Shown piece by piece: positions 19,716 through 29,727 of a stretch of 64,000 nt of DNA (within the stretch, counting starts at the first letter, position 1; each line of letters starts with the position of its first letter). The DNA comes from Gammaproteobacteria bacterium (GTDB taxonomy: Bacteria; Pseudomonadota; Gammaproteobacteria; Arenicellales; JAJDZL01): the NCBI GenBank assembly GCA_047517965.1, contig JAKZRU010000015.1, positions 10,982-74,981 on the forward strand, written 5' to 3'. The notes under the pieces are model-generated. The model saw nothing but the letters and a program-made list of their open reading frames with translations. It made no database searches and was not told the origin of the DNA. Both the position numbers and the translations under genes were made by a program.

Positions 19716-20900
19716 TTAACTCTGACAATAATGGTCCATTAGAATTCTTGCGACTTCGGGCCGAGAAAATTCTGGAGGCAGATTTTCACCAGCTGAAAGC
19801 ATTTCTCGAACTCGGGTACCAGACAGCAAAATAAAATCTTCGGGTGTATGGTTAGGTGCATCTCGCATCATGACGACTTCGTTCAGCTTTTTTGACCAAG
19901 CCGTGTGGTCCGCTTCAAAAATCTCGATACCGAGCATCCCGGGCGGCACGTCGGTCTGAAAAATCGTCTGTGCATCGAATGCTCCATAGTAATCCCCGAC
20001 ACCGGCATGATCACGCCCCACGATCATATGTGATGCACCGAGATTCTGGCGAAATATCGCGTGTAGAACCGCTTCTCGCGGTCCGGCATACAGCATGTCA
20101 AAACCATATCCTGTAATAATGGCGGTGTTTTCTGGAAAATAAAGCTCTACCATCTTCCGAATGGCATTGTCTCGAACTTTCGCAGGAATATCACCTGGCT
20201 TGAGTTTACCAAGAAGCATGTGGATAACGACTCCGTCTGCATTGGTTCGATCAAGTGCAATCTTGCACAGCTCTTCGTGCGCCCGATGCATTGGATTTCG
20301 TGTCTGAAAGGCAACCACCTTCTGCCACCCTCTCTGTTCAATTTCAGTCCTGATCTGGCCAGCAGTTCGAAACGTATTTGGAAATTCGACTTCAAAGTAA
20401 CTGTAGTTCAGAACTTGGATTGATCCGGACACAATAAAATTACCCTGATTCAGGAAAGTTTTAACGCCCGGGTGTTCATTATCGACAGTTCCGTATACGC
20501 ATTCAGCGATGTACTGGCGTTCCTCCAGATTTAAATCTTCAATCGACTCTATGGTTTGAATCGCCAACGGTGGGTTTCCTTCAATTTCGGAGTCTCTCAG
20601 TGTGATTCGATCACCGATTTTGATTCCGCCAACTTCATTGACACGATTGAGAATTGGAATCGGCCAAAAAAGACCTGAACTTGTACGCATGTTCTGTGCA
20701 ATCGCCAATACGTCAGGCTTGTTCATAAACCCGCTGAGCGGGGTGAAATAGCCGGCTCCAAGCATCACGGCACTAGCCGCTGACGGAGAGTCTAGAACGA
20801 TTGAAGTTAAGTCACCAGCTTCGCGAGACAATTCTGAATGAAGCTTAGGGTCTGAAACTACAAGTGGTGTCAGCCTGGAAGACTGATAAGGTTTGATCAT
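19716..20900 (-). CDS. sat: Sulfate adenylyltransferase (ATP sulfurylase), sulfur-oxidiser type
   Basis: QTRNPMHRAH, YAGPREAVLHA, GRDHAGVGDYY, LSGT.VR, PPEFSRPEV; start MIKP at 20900 avoids overlap with the upstream gene. Confidence 0.95.
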   Translation of the reverse strand: MIKPYQSSRLTPLVVSDPKLHSELSREAGDLTSIVLDSPSAASAVMLGAGYFTPLSGFMNKPDVLAIAQNMRTSSGLFWPIPILNRVNEVGGIKIGDRITLRDSEIEGNPPLAIQTIESIEDLNLEERQYIAECVYGTVDNEHPGVKTFLNQGNFIVSGSIQVLNYSYFEVEFPNTFRTAGQIRTEIEQRGWQKVVAFQTRNPMHRAHEELCKIALDRTNADGVVIHMLLGKLKPGDIPAKVRDNAIRKMVELYFPENTAIITGYGFDMLYAGPREAVLHAIFRQNLGASHMIVGRDHAGVGDYYGAFDAQTIFQTDVPPGMLGIEIFEADHTAWSKKLNEVVMMRDAPNHTPEDFILLSGTRVREMLSAGENLPPEFSRPEVARILMDHYCQS

Positions 20901-20958
20901 CGGAATTTTCAATGAGTCGGGTAGACTAATTCGTAGCAGAATCCAGAGAACTGAATTG

Positions 20959-22038
20959 TTAGGTGTGATCCCGACGTTTTTGAACTGCATTACTCAAAAC
21001 ATGCAGCAACCCTACGGTATCTGCCCATCCTAGACAAGCATCAGTAATGCTTTGACCGTACACAGGCTTCTGGCCTTCTACGATGTCCTGCCGTCCTTCG
21101 ACAAGGTGACTCTCGATCATCACTCCCATGATTCGCCTGTCACCTGTCGCAATCTGATCGGCTACATTTTCTCCAACTTGTAATTGTCTAGAAAATTGTT
21201 TGGAACTGTTTGCATGACTGAAATCAATCATCACATTTGCTGTCAGCCCTCTGTCCGTGAGCAATTCAACCGCTGCATCAACATCCTGTGCTTCATAATT
21301 CGGCTGGTTCCCACCTCGCAGAATGATGTGACAGTCTTCATTTCCCAAGGTTTCGAAAATTGCAGTCTGGCCTTCTTTGGTAATTGACAGAAACCGATGC
21401 TGTTTCGAAGCTGCATGTGCACCGTCTACTGCAATGTTCAAATTGCCAGCGGTACCATTTTTCAATCCAACTGGGCAGGAAAGACCTGAGACCAACTGCC
21501 GATGCACTTGGCTTTCTGTTGTACGCGCTCCGATTGCCCCCCAGCTCACCAAATCTGCAATATATTGCGGAGAGATGATGTCCAAAAATTCGACCCCCGC
21601 CGGAACTCCCAGATTGTTAAACTCAAGCAGCAGTTGTCTCGCAAGCCTCAAACCATTGTTGATGTCGAAAGAGCCATCAAGGTTGGGATCATTAATCAGC
21701 CCTTTCCAACCGATCGTGGTACGAGGCTTTTCAAAATAAACCCGCATGACGATGAGCAAGTCGTCCGACAGATCAGACTTCACTTTGGCAAGACGTTCGG
21801 CATACTCTCTAGCTGCCTGTGCATCGTGTATCGAACATGGACCGACAACGACGACAAGTCGATCGTCCTGGCCATACAGAATTCGATGAATTTCGTCTCT
21901 TGTAGTTCGAACGACGTCAATGGCTTTTGCTGATGCAGGAATCTCTGCCATGACCTGTGCTGGAAAGGCAACGTCGTGAATCGAAGCAATCCGCAAGTCG
22001 TCGATTAATGGGGTAAAGTTGGTGTTCGCTTCAATCAT
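20959..22038 (-). CDS. aroG: 3-deoxy-7-phosphoheptulonate (DAHP) synthase, class I-alpha
   Basis: GPCSIHD, MRVYFEKPRTTIGWKGL, AIGARTTESQ.HR, DFSHANS, SITDAC; isozyme (aroF/G/H) not resolvable; start 22038 or 22056. Confidence 0.9.
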   Translation of the reverse strand: MIEANTNFTPLIDDLRIASIHDVAFPAQVMAEIPASAKAIDVVRTTRDEIHRILYGQDDRLVVVVGPCSIHDAQAAREYAERLAKVKSDLSDDLLIVMRVYFEKPRTTIGWKGLINDPNLDGSFDINNGLRLARQLLLEFNNLGVPAGVEFLDIISPQYIADLVSWGAIGARTTESQVHRQLVSGLSCPVGLKNGTAGNLNIAVDGAHAASKQHRFLSITKEGQTAIFETLGNEDCHIILRGGNQPNYEAQDVDAAVELLTDRGLTANVMIDFSHANSSKQFSRQLQVGENVADQIATGDRRIMGVMIESHLVEGRQDIVEGQKPVYGQSITDACLGWADTVGLLHVLSNAVQKRRDHT

Positions 22039-22171
22039 CGTCAATCTGTTCCACAATATTTCTTCACATCCTCAAATTTACTTGCGGGATGTTATTTCAA
22101 AATCGCCAATTATAAGTTGATATTGATATACTGATTGAATATCCATTTCAATTAATTCATTGGAGTTTTAA

Positions 22172-23722
22172 ATGAAAACAACAATTTTGAAATTTGGAGC
22201 GATAGCGTGTCTAGCAATCGCTCTTCCCTTGCAAGCGAATACTTTGAGGCTTGCCTACGATGCCGATCCGGTTTCGCTAGATCTTCACGAACAATTGTCC
22301 GGTGGTACCTTGCAATTGTCTCACATGGTTTGTGATCCCTTAATCCGATGGAATCAAGACTTGGGATTCGACGCCAGAGTAGCTAGTAACTGGGAGAGAC
22401 TGAACGACACCACTGTTCGATTTAATTTGCGACAGGGGGTCAAGTTTCACTCAGGTCGAGAAATGACCGCCAAAGATGTCAAATTTACTTTTGATCGACT
22501 TAAGCAGAGCGAAGATTTCAAGGGCATATTCGTGAATTTCACCGGTGTTAATGTCATTGATGATCACACAGTGGATATCGTAACCGATGGCCCCTATCCT
22601 CTTGTGGAGCATACTGCCACCTATATTTTCCCTCTTGACAGTGAATTCTATTCAGGTACTGATGAACGCGGCAAGGACAAAGGCGAGATTGTAAAGCACG
22701 GCGACTCATTCGCTTCCTCCAATATCTCCTGTACAGGTCCATTCACAGTGACCTCCAGAGAACAGGGAGTCAAGCTCGTATTTGACCGATTTGCTGATTA
22801 TTGGGATACCGATTCTCCGGGTAATGTCAGCCAGATCGTGTTCACACCAATCAAGGAAGCTCCAACCCGGGTTGCAGCCTTGCTGGCAGGCGATATTGAT
22901 TTTGCTGCACCGATTCCACCGACGGATCTAGAGCGGGTTTCCGCAACCGAAGGGGTTGACCTTGTTACGATGAGCGGGACACGCATCATCACATTCCAGT
23001 TGAATCAAAAACGGCAACCGGCTCTTGCAGATGCTCGCGTAAGGTTGGCTATCGTGAATGCAATCAACAATGAAGGTATTGTCGAGAAAATCATGAAAAA
23101 TTTTGGTACGGCCGCAGCCCAGCAGAGTCCGAAAGGTTATCTCGGCTACAACGAATCGTTGAAGCCTCGATACGACATTGAAAAAGCCAAGGCATTGATG
23201 GCTGAAGCAGGATATGCAGACGGCCTTGAGGTTACCATGATGGCACCCAACAACCGATACGTAAATGATGCCAAGATCGCAGAAGCGGTAGCTGGCATGT
23301 TGGCGAAAGTAAACATTCGCGTCGATCTGACAACCATGCCGAAAGCCCAGTACTGGCCCAAGTTTGACGAACGCGCAGCGGACATCATGATGATCGGCTG
23401 GCATTCAGATACAGAAGATTCTGCGAATTTCAGTGAATTTCTTACTATGACTCCAGATGAAGAAACTGGATATGGGCAGTACAACAGTGGAAATTACTCC
23501 AACACCGAAGTCGACATGCTTGTGCTGGAAAGCGCAAAGGAAACGGATTTGGCAAAACGTGTGCAAATGTTGCAGAAGGTGGAACAAATTCTGCATGATG
23601 AAGCTGCATTTGTACCGCTGCATTGGCAAGATCGAGCGTGGGGTGCTCGCTCAGGCGTGAATATTGGCGCGATCGTCAATGTCATGAATTTCCCCTATTT
23701 GGGCGATCTAGTAATGAACTGA
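22172..23722 (+). CDS. Dipeptide/oligopeptide/nickel ABC transporter substrate-binding protein (family 5)
   Basis: Signal peptide, LRQGVKFHSG..MTAKDVKF, TGPF, RVAALLAGDID. Confidence 0.92.
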   Translation: MKTTILKFGAIACLAIALPLQANTLRLAYDADPVSLDLHEQLSGGTLQLSHMVCDPLIRWNQDLGFDARVASNWERLNDTTVRFNLRQGVKFHSGREMTAKDVKFTFDRLKQSEDFKGIFVNFTGVNVIDDHTVDIVTDGPYPLVEHTATYIFPLDSEFYSGTDERGKDKGEIVKHGDSFASSNISCTGPFTVTSREQGVKLVFDRFADYWDTDSPGNVSQIVFTPIKEAPTRVAALLAGDIDFAAPIPPTDLERVSATEGVDLVTMSGTRIITFQLNQKRQPALADARVRLAIVNAINNEGIVEKIMKNFGTAAAQQSPKGYLGYNESLKPRYDIEKAKALMAEAGYADGLEVTMMAPNNRYVNDAKIAEAVAGMLAKVNIRVDLTTMPKAQYWPKFDERAADIMMIGWHSDTEDSANFSEFLTMTPDEETGYGQYNSGNYSNTEVDMLVLESAKETDLAKRVQMLQKVEQILHDEAAFVPLHWQDRAWGARSGVNIGAIVNVMNFPYLGDLVMN

Positions 23723-23738
23723 TCTGAAACGGAGATAG

Positions 23739-23772
23739 AGTAAAGATGGGTTCTTGGCTCATCTTTACTTTG
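23739..23772 (+). terminator. Hairpin downstream of SBP gene (terminator or mRNA stabiliser)
   Basis: AGTAAAGATGGGT..GCTCATCTTTACT stem followed by a short T tract. Confidence 0.55.
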
Positions 23773-23944
23773 CAATGTTTGGAAATCGTTACTCAGCCTA
23801 ATTCTCAAACAATAGTTTGCAGGCCATACTTTCCTGTGTGCGGCAGTTATTACAGGAACTGCATCAAATTCACACTCAAGCAATGGGCTTCGCAGTGATT
23901 ATGGTGCGACAGTCTTTCTGTTCCAAATTTTCAACCAATAACTC

Positions 23945-24919
23945 ATGTTTGCCTTTCTAGTTCGCAGACTCGGCCAGTCCATCATCGTGATGCTGGTAAT
24001 CAGCCTGTTGAGCTTTTCCATTCAAGACGAACTCGGCGACCCGCTTCGAGAACTTGTAGGGCAATCCGTCTCGGAAGAGATCAGAAACGAGCTGAGAGAG
24101 GAATTGGGTTTGAATGATCCGTTTCTCGTGCAATACTGGCGTTTTCTGAAAAAAGCTGTGCAAGGAGACTTAGGCACATCTTATTTTTTCAAGCGCCCCG
24201 CATTAGATGTCATCATGGACAAACTACCTGCAACAATCGATCTCGTAATCGCAGCAACGGTTTGGATACTGTTATTCTCACTACCTGTGGGCATATTTGC
24301 TGCGATACACCCAAATCACTGGCTAACCAAGTTAGCCATGGGATTGAGCATTGTCGGCATATCCATACCTGTTTTTCTGACAGCTATTTTTCTAATTCAT
24401 CTGTTTGCCGTTCAACTTGGATGGTTTCCTTCCTATGGACGTGGTGATACCGTTGCGCTTTTCGGAAGATGGGATACAAGTCTGCTTACATGGGACGGAC
24501 TAACGCACTTGCTATTACCGAGTATTTCACTTGCATCCGTTATTTTGCCCCTGTTTGTTCGCATGATCCGTTCCGAGATGATGGAAGTACTAGAAACGGA
24601 ATACGTAAAGTTTGCCTGGGCAAAAGGCCTGTCAAAAAAACGGATTTGGATTGTTCATGCATTCAAGAACACCCTTTTGCCGGTGATTACGGTAGGAGGC
24701 GTCCAGATCGGTATCATGGTTGCCTACACCATTCTGACTGAAACTGTTTTTCAGTGGCCAGGCATGGGATTCATGTTCCTGGAAGCAATCAACCGCGTGG
24801 ATACGCCGCTGATCGTAGCCTATCTTATTATCGTTGGATTAATATTTGTCATCACGAATACGATCGTCGACATTCTCTACGGTTTGGTAAATCCCATGGT
24901 CAAACTGACCGGGCGATAA
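23945..24919 (+). CDS. Peptide ABC transporter permease (DppB-like)
   Basis: LGLNDP..VQY, GDLGTS, EAA loop (EYVKFAWAKGL), ETVFQWPGMG. Confidence 0.92.
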   Translation: MFAFLVRRLGQSIIVMLVISLLSFSIQDELGDPLRELVGQSVSEEIRNELREELGLNDPFLVQYWRFLKKAVQGDLGTSYFFKRPALDVIMDKLPATIDLVIAATVWILLFSLPVGIFAAIHPNHWLTKLAMGLSIVGISIPVFLTAIFLIHLFAVQLGWFPSYGRGDTVALFGRWDTSLLTWDGLTHLLLPSISLASVILPLFVRMIRSEMMEVLETEYVKFAWAKGLSKKRIWIVHAFKNTLLPVITVGGVQIGIMVAYTILTETVFQWPGMGFMFLEAINRVDTPLIVAYLIIVGLIFVITNTIVDILYGLVNPMVKLTGR

Positions 24920-24932
24920 GGAACACACTTCA

Positions 24933-25877
24933 ATGAGCAGTCAGACCTTATCAGTTCGTACTAACGCCTGGCAGCGATTTCGGAATTCCCTGCTGTTCTA
25001 CAGCTTTACGCATAATCGCACTGCCATGGTGAGTGCAGCAGTGATCTTGGTATATATCCTGCTGTCTGTACTCGCTCCTGCAATCGCACCTTATGATCCG
25101 TGGGACCAGACTCAGTTTGACCTCATGGATTCGGAACTTCCTCCATTCGGAAGCCCCGGTGCCGATGACCGTTTCTTTCTAGGCACGGATTCAATGGGTA
25201 GAGACATGTTGAGCACCATTCTCTACGGAACAGGAATATCCATATTAATCGGCATATTCGCCACTTGTCTACAGGCAGTCATGGGAGTCTCCATCGGTCT
25301 CGTTGCTGGATACTTTGGCGGACGGCTTGACAGTTTTTTGATGCGGGTGGCGGATATTCAGCTATCGTTCACAACGCTGATGGTTGCGATCGTCGTACTA
25401 GCAATATTTCAAGCTACGGTCGGGCTGCGTTTCTATGAAAACTTCGCAATAATTGCCATAATTCTGGTGATTGGCATAGCTGAGTGGCCACAGTACGCAA
25501 GGACTGTTCGAGCATGCGTGCTAGCGGCAAAGAAACAGGAATATGTAGATGCAGCGCGCGTTGTCGGGCTGCCTCCCCTGAAAATCATTTATCGTCACAT
25601 CTTACCGAATACATTCTCTCCCCTTCTGGTTATATCCACGGTTCAGGTTGCCAATGCAATCATTACCGAAGCTGCATTGTCGTTTCTCGGCCTTGGAATG
25701 CCGGTCACTAAACCTTCTCTTGGTTCGCTGATTAAGAACGGATTTGAGTTCATATTCAGTGGCTCCTGGTGGATTACTGCTTTTCCGTCAATCGTGCTAG
25801 TCGTTCTAATTCTGGCGATCAACCTTCTTGGTGACTGGCTGCGGGATGTGTTGAATCCGAAGCTTTATGACAAGTGA
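24933..25877 (+). CDS. Peptide ABC transporter permease (DppC-like)
   Basis: LGTDSMGRD, EYVDAARVVG, HILPN, EAALSFLGLG, GDWLRD..NP. Confidence 0.92.
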   Translation: MSSQTLSVRTNAWQRFRNSLLFYSFTHNRTAMVSAAVILVYILLSVLAPAIAPYDPWDQTQFDLMDSELPPFGSPGADDRFFLGTDSMGRDMLSTILYGTGISILIGIFATCLQAVMGVSIGLVAGYFGGRLDSFLMRVADIQLSFTTLMVAIVVLAIFQATVGLRFYENFAIIAIILVIGIAEWPQYARTVRACVLAAKKQEYVDAARVVGLPPLKIIYRHILPNTFSPLLVISTVQVANAIITEAALSFLGLGMPVTKPSLGSLIKNGFEFIFSGSWWITAFPSIVLVVLILAINLLGDWLRDVLNPKLYDK

Positions 25878-25884
25878 GTGATTT

Positions 25885-26850
25885 ATGGTGCTGTTGAGTG
25901 TAAACAACCTTGAAGTCGCTTTCCCGCTGAGAACTGGCACCGTAACCGCGGTTCGCGATGTCAGTTTTGAATTGAATCAAGGCGAGCGGCTGGGAATCGT
26001 AGGAGAGAGTGGCGCTGGAAAATCTGTATCTGCATTTGCCATTCTGAACTTGATCAGCAAACCCGGTTACATGTCTGCTGGGAAGATTTTCTTTGATGGT
26101 ATCTGTCTTTCCGACCTGAGCGAATCTGCAATGCAACAGCTTCGAGGAAATCGCATTAGCATGATTTTTCAAGACCCAATGATGACTTTGAACCCCGTAT
26201 TGACGATCGGTACTCAGATGGAGGAAACAATTCTCGCACATCGCAAAACGAAGCGAGCTGACGCACGTGCCATTGCGGTGGAAAAATTGAGAGCAGTTCA
26301 AATTCCTTCAGCAGATACCCGACTGAAACAATACCCACATGAGTTGTCTGGCGGAATGCGGCAACGCGTGGTTATCGCAATCGCACTACTGACTGATCCT
26401 CAATTGATCATTGCCGACGAACCCACAACCGCACTGGATGTAACCATACAAGCGGAAATTCTGGAACTCCTGCTGCACCTGTGCAGTGAATTCAATATGG
26501 GTCTGATTCTCATCACACACGATCTTGGCGTTGTTTCACAAGTTACTCAGCGAGTGTTGGTCATGTATGCGGGAAGAGTGATCGAGCAGGGAAATACTTC
26601 AAGCATCATAGAAAATCCTAAACACCCTTATACGCAGGGACTGATCGCAGCATTGCCAGAGATGACTACACCTGGTGAAAAGCTGAATCAAATTCCAGGG
26701 GTAATGCCGACTCTGCAAAACATTCCATCTGGATGCCCATTTCACAATCGTTGTAAATATGTACAACAGATTTGCCGTACGACGGTGCCGAAACTGACGG
26801 CCCAAGACAGTCGATCAGTTGCCTGTCATTTCCCGTTAGAGTCGACGTGA
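25885..26850 (+). CDS. Peptide ABC transporter ATP-binding protein (DppD-like)
   Basis: GESGAGKS, LSGGMRQR, IADEPTTALD, C-terminal GCPFHNRC. Confidence 0.93.
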   Translation: MVLLSVNNLEVAFPLRTGTVTAVRDVSFELNQGERLGIVGESGAGKSVSAFAILNLISKPGYMSAGKIFFDGICLSDLSESAMQQLRGNRISMIFQDPMMTLNPVLTIGTQMEETILAHRKTKRADARAIAVEKLRAVQIPSADTRLKQYPHELSGGMRQRVVIAIALLTDPQLIIADEPTTALDVTIQAEILELLLHLCSEFNMGLILITHDLGVVSQVTQRVLVMYAGRVIEQGNTSSIIENPKHPYTQGLIAALPEMTTPGEKLNQIPGVMPTLQNIPSGCPFHNRCKYVQQICRTTVPKLTAQDSRSVACHFPLEST

Positions 26851-27881
26851 AAGATCAAATCCCAAACTTTGAAAAAGGAGTGCTTGTCAGCATCAACAAT
26901 CTGTACAAACACTTCAATGTTTCCGGCGGACTGCTGGACCAAATTACTTTCAAGGATGGCAAGCCGAGCAGAAAAATCGAGTATGTAAAAGCACTGAATG
27001 GAATTGATCTGACTGTCCAGCGTGGAGAAGTGCTTTGCCTGGTTGGAGAGAGCGGATGCGGCAAAACAACCGTCGGTCGAACGGTCATGGGACTGTTATC
27101 ACCATCAAGCGGTTCCATAACATATCAAGGAAAGAGAATCGACAATTTGTCGAGAAACCAGCTTTTGCCCTATCGGCGGAAGATGCAGATGATTTTTCAA
27201 AATGCCTATGCATCTTTGAATCCACGCAAAACAGTCGCGGCGACACTGCTAGAGCCAATTCGATTTCATAAACCAGAACTCTCTAACAATCAGCACAAGG
27301 AGAAGGTCATGGAGGTTATGGAGTCGGTAGGGGTTGATGCTGACTGGGGATCGAGATTTCCACATGAGTTCTCCGGCGGGCAACGTCAGCGCATCAGCAT
27401 TGCTCGTGCACTCATGGTCGATCCTGAATTCATTGTTGCGGATGAACCCATTTCCGCACTGGACGTGTCCATTCAGGCGCAGGTGCTCAATTTGCTGAGT
27501 GATGCTCGGGAGCAACGTGGGCTGACGTATCTTTTCATTACTCACGATCTATCTGTTGTAGAACATTTTGGAAATCGTGTTGCTGTCATGTACCTTGGAA
27601 AAATTTGTGAACTGGGCGCAACGAAACAAATATTCTTGACACCTCAGCACCCATATACTCGAGCACTTTTGAATGCTATACCAAAACTCGGAAAAGTAAA
27701 ATATTCACATGAAAAAATGAAAGGCGAAGTTCCAACTGCCATCAATTTGCCTAGCGGGTGCGTATTTCACAGCCGCTGTCTTCATGCAAGAGACAAATGC
27801 AAGTCGATTGTGCCAGAGCTGCAAGAGACTCCATCTGGCGTGCAAATAGCCTGTCACGGGGTTGTGGAAAACTGGTTTTGA
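26847..27881 (+). CDS. Peptide ABC transporter ATP-binding protein (DppF-like)
   Basis: GESGCGKT, FSGGQRQR, ADEPISALD; GTG start overlapping the upstream TGA. Confidence 0.93.
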   Translation: MKDQIPNFEKGVLVSINNLYKHFNVSGGLLDQITFKDGKPSRKIEYVKALNGIDLTVQRGEVLCLVGESGCGKTTVGRTVMGLLSPSSGSITYQGKRIDNLSRNQLLPYRRKMQMIFQNAYASLNPRKTVAATLLEPIRFHKPELSNNQHKEKVMEVMESVGVDADWGSRFPHEFSGGQRQRISIARALMVDPEFIVADEPISALDVSIQAQVLNLLSDAREQRGLTYLFITHDLSVVEHFGNRVAVMYLGKICELGATKQIFLTPQHPYTRALLNAIPKLGKVKYSHEKMKGEVPTAINLPSGCVFHSRCLHARDKCKSIVPELQETPSGVQIACHGVVENWF

Positions 27882-28045
27882 CTAGATTGGAATCAGGCTA
27901 CTGAGTTGGAATCTTTACCTACGTTTCATCACTCCGTTAGCTGAATTACATTACAACCTTCACGTTCACATCAAGGGTTCGTTGATAGGTTCTGCGCTAA
28001 ACTGAACAATCCATGGATATTTGATTTTTAGAGGCTGGTAATTTC

Positions 28046-28867
28046 ATGGCTAAGAATCTGTTGTTATTGATTATTGGGCTTGCTTCTGTTTATGTAGTCA
28101 TATCAGCATTTCTTTTTATCTACCAGAAACATCTAATCCACGTTCCGTTCACCGAATGGATAGGCACACCGAAAGATAAAGGTCTCACCTATGAAGAAGT
28201 GGTTCTGACGAACAGCGAAGATCATGCTGAGCTTCATGGCTGGTTTATCCCACATCAGCAATCGCAATACACGTTCCTGCTATTCAGCGGAAATGCTGGA
28301 AACATGTCTTATCTGCTCGATACATTAAAGATGTTTCACGAACTAGGATATTCGATTTTCATCTATGACTATCGCGGCTATGGCAAAAGCAGAGGTAAAA
28401 TGACGGAAAGCGCAATGTATAGCGATGCAAACCTTGCGTGGACCTATCTGACTGAAACTAGGAACATTCCTGCAGAACAGATCGTAGTTTTTGGACGTTC
28501 GATGGGAACTGCGATGGCGACCTGGTTGGCCATTGCCCAGATGCCTGCTGCACTAATCTTGGAATCAAGCTTCACATCGCTTGTAGACATGGGGAGAATC
28601 TACTACAAATGGCTGCCAGTCAAATACCTGCTAAGGTGGCAGTATGACAATCTGTCAAGAATATCCGCAGTTCAGAGCCCGACGCTGTTTATACACAGTC
28701 CAGATGATGAACTGATTCCTTATTTACACAGTGAAAGACTGTTTGAAGCAGCCACCGCACAAAAGGAATTCCTTACGATTTCAGGTGATCATATGGAAGG
28801 ATTTCTAGAAAGCCGTGCTGTTTACCTCAGCGGCATAAGCGATTTCATCAATCGGCTCGATCAATAA
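28046..28867 (+). CDS. Membrane-anchored alpha/beta hydrolase (ABHD13/BEM46-like)
   Basis: N-terminal TM, GNAGN, DYRGYG, GRSMG, HSPDD, GDH. Confidence 0.85.
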   Translation: MAKNLLLLIIGLASVYVVISAFLFIYQKHLIHVPFTEWIGTPKDKGLTYEEVVLTNSEDHAELHGWFIPHQQSQYTFLLFSGNAGNMSYLLDTLKMFHELGYSIFIYDYRGYGKSRGKMTESAMYSDANLAWTYLTETRNIPAEQIVVFGRSMGTAMATWLAIAQMPAALILESSFTSLVDMGRIYYKWLPVKYLLRWQYDNLSRISAVQSPTLFIHSPDDELIPYLHSERLFEAATAQKEFLTISGDHMEGFLESRAVYLSGISDFINRLDQ

Positions 28868-28888
28868 TATCTGTGACTTGAACTGCCT

Positions 28889-29707
28889 CTACAGGTGTTC
28901 GCCGCCGTTGATATGAATTTCAGAGCCGGTAACGTAACTCGAATTGTCAGCACATAGAAAATAGATTATTTGAGCAACCTCATCGGGCGTCCCTAATCGA
29001 TGCAACGGGATTGTTTCTACGAGATTGCTTGTACCAGGCGAAAGAATGGGGGTATCAATTTCACCCGGTGCGATTGCGTTTACTCGAATGCCGTACGAAC
29101 CAAAGTCTGCCGCCATCTCCCGCGTCAACGCAGCTAGTGCAGCTTTTGATGTCGCATACGCTGTGCCTGCAAACGGATGTACACGACTACTGGCAATGGA
29201 TGTAACATTCACGATTGAGCCCTTTCCCTCCTTCAATTCTTGCATCAGCCCCCTGGCCAGTACAATCGGAGCAAAGAAATTGACTTCGAATACAAGTCGC
29301 CAAATTGCCATTCCAGTATCTGCCGGACCGAGGCGCTTTCCATGATCATCTTTCGGGGATATCCCTGCGTTGTTGACCAATGCATGCAATGCTCCACCGG
29401 CAAGTCTTTTTTTTAATTCAGCGAGTCCGATTGAGCGATGGTCCGGGTCACCGAGATCAATTTGAATGTGATCTTCCGGTCCGGCCTGCCATGGACACTC
29501 ATTCGAAAAAGCTCGCCTTGAACAGGTAATTACACGCCAGCCATGTTCTTCAAACAATTTTGCAGTCGCATGTCCGATGCCCTGACTGGCGCCCGTCAGT
29601 ACGAGCGTTTTCTGTTCGTCTCTGCTGACGGCCTTAGGTTTCTTTGGTTGAATGGTTTGACCGGTAACCGGGCAATTTTCAATCGAAGTCTGTTCGACAC
29701 TTGCCAT
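28889..29707 (-). CDS. SDR family oxidoreductase
   Basis: TGASQGIG, NNAG, YATSK, VNAIAPG. Confidence 0.9.
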   Translation of the reverse strand: MASVEQTSIENCPVTGQTIQPKKPKAVSRDEQKTLVLTGASQGIGHATAKLFEEHGWRVITCSRRAFSNECPWQAGPEDHIQIDLGDPDHRSIGLAELKKRLAGGALHALVNNAGISPKDDHGKRLGPADTGMAIWRLVFEVNFFAPIVLARGLMQELKEGKGSIVNVTSIASSRVHPFAGTAYATSKAALAALTREMAADFGSYGIRVNAIAPGEIDTPILSPGTSNLVETIPLHRLGTPDEVAQIIYFLCADNSSYVTGSEIHINGGEHL

Positions 29708-29727
29708 AATTGAGTACCGTTGTACGC

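Noticed and set aside
20901-20990. N-terminal extension of sat overlapping the DAHP synthase gene
   Set aside because: Homologue-like start MIKP at 20900; the extension is an ORF-caller artefact
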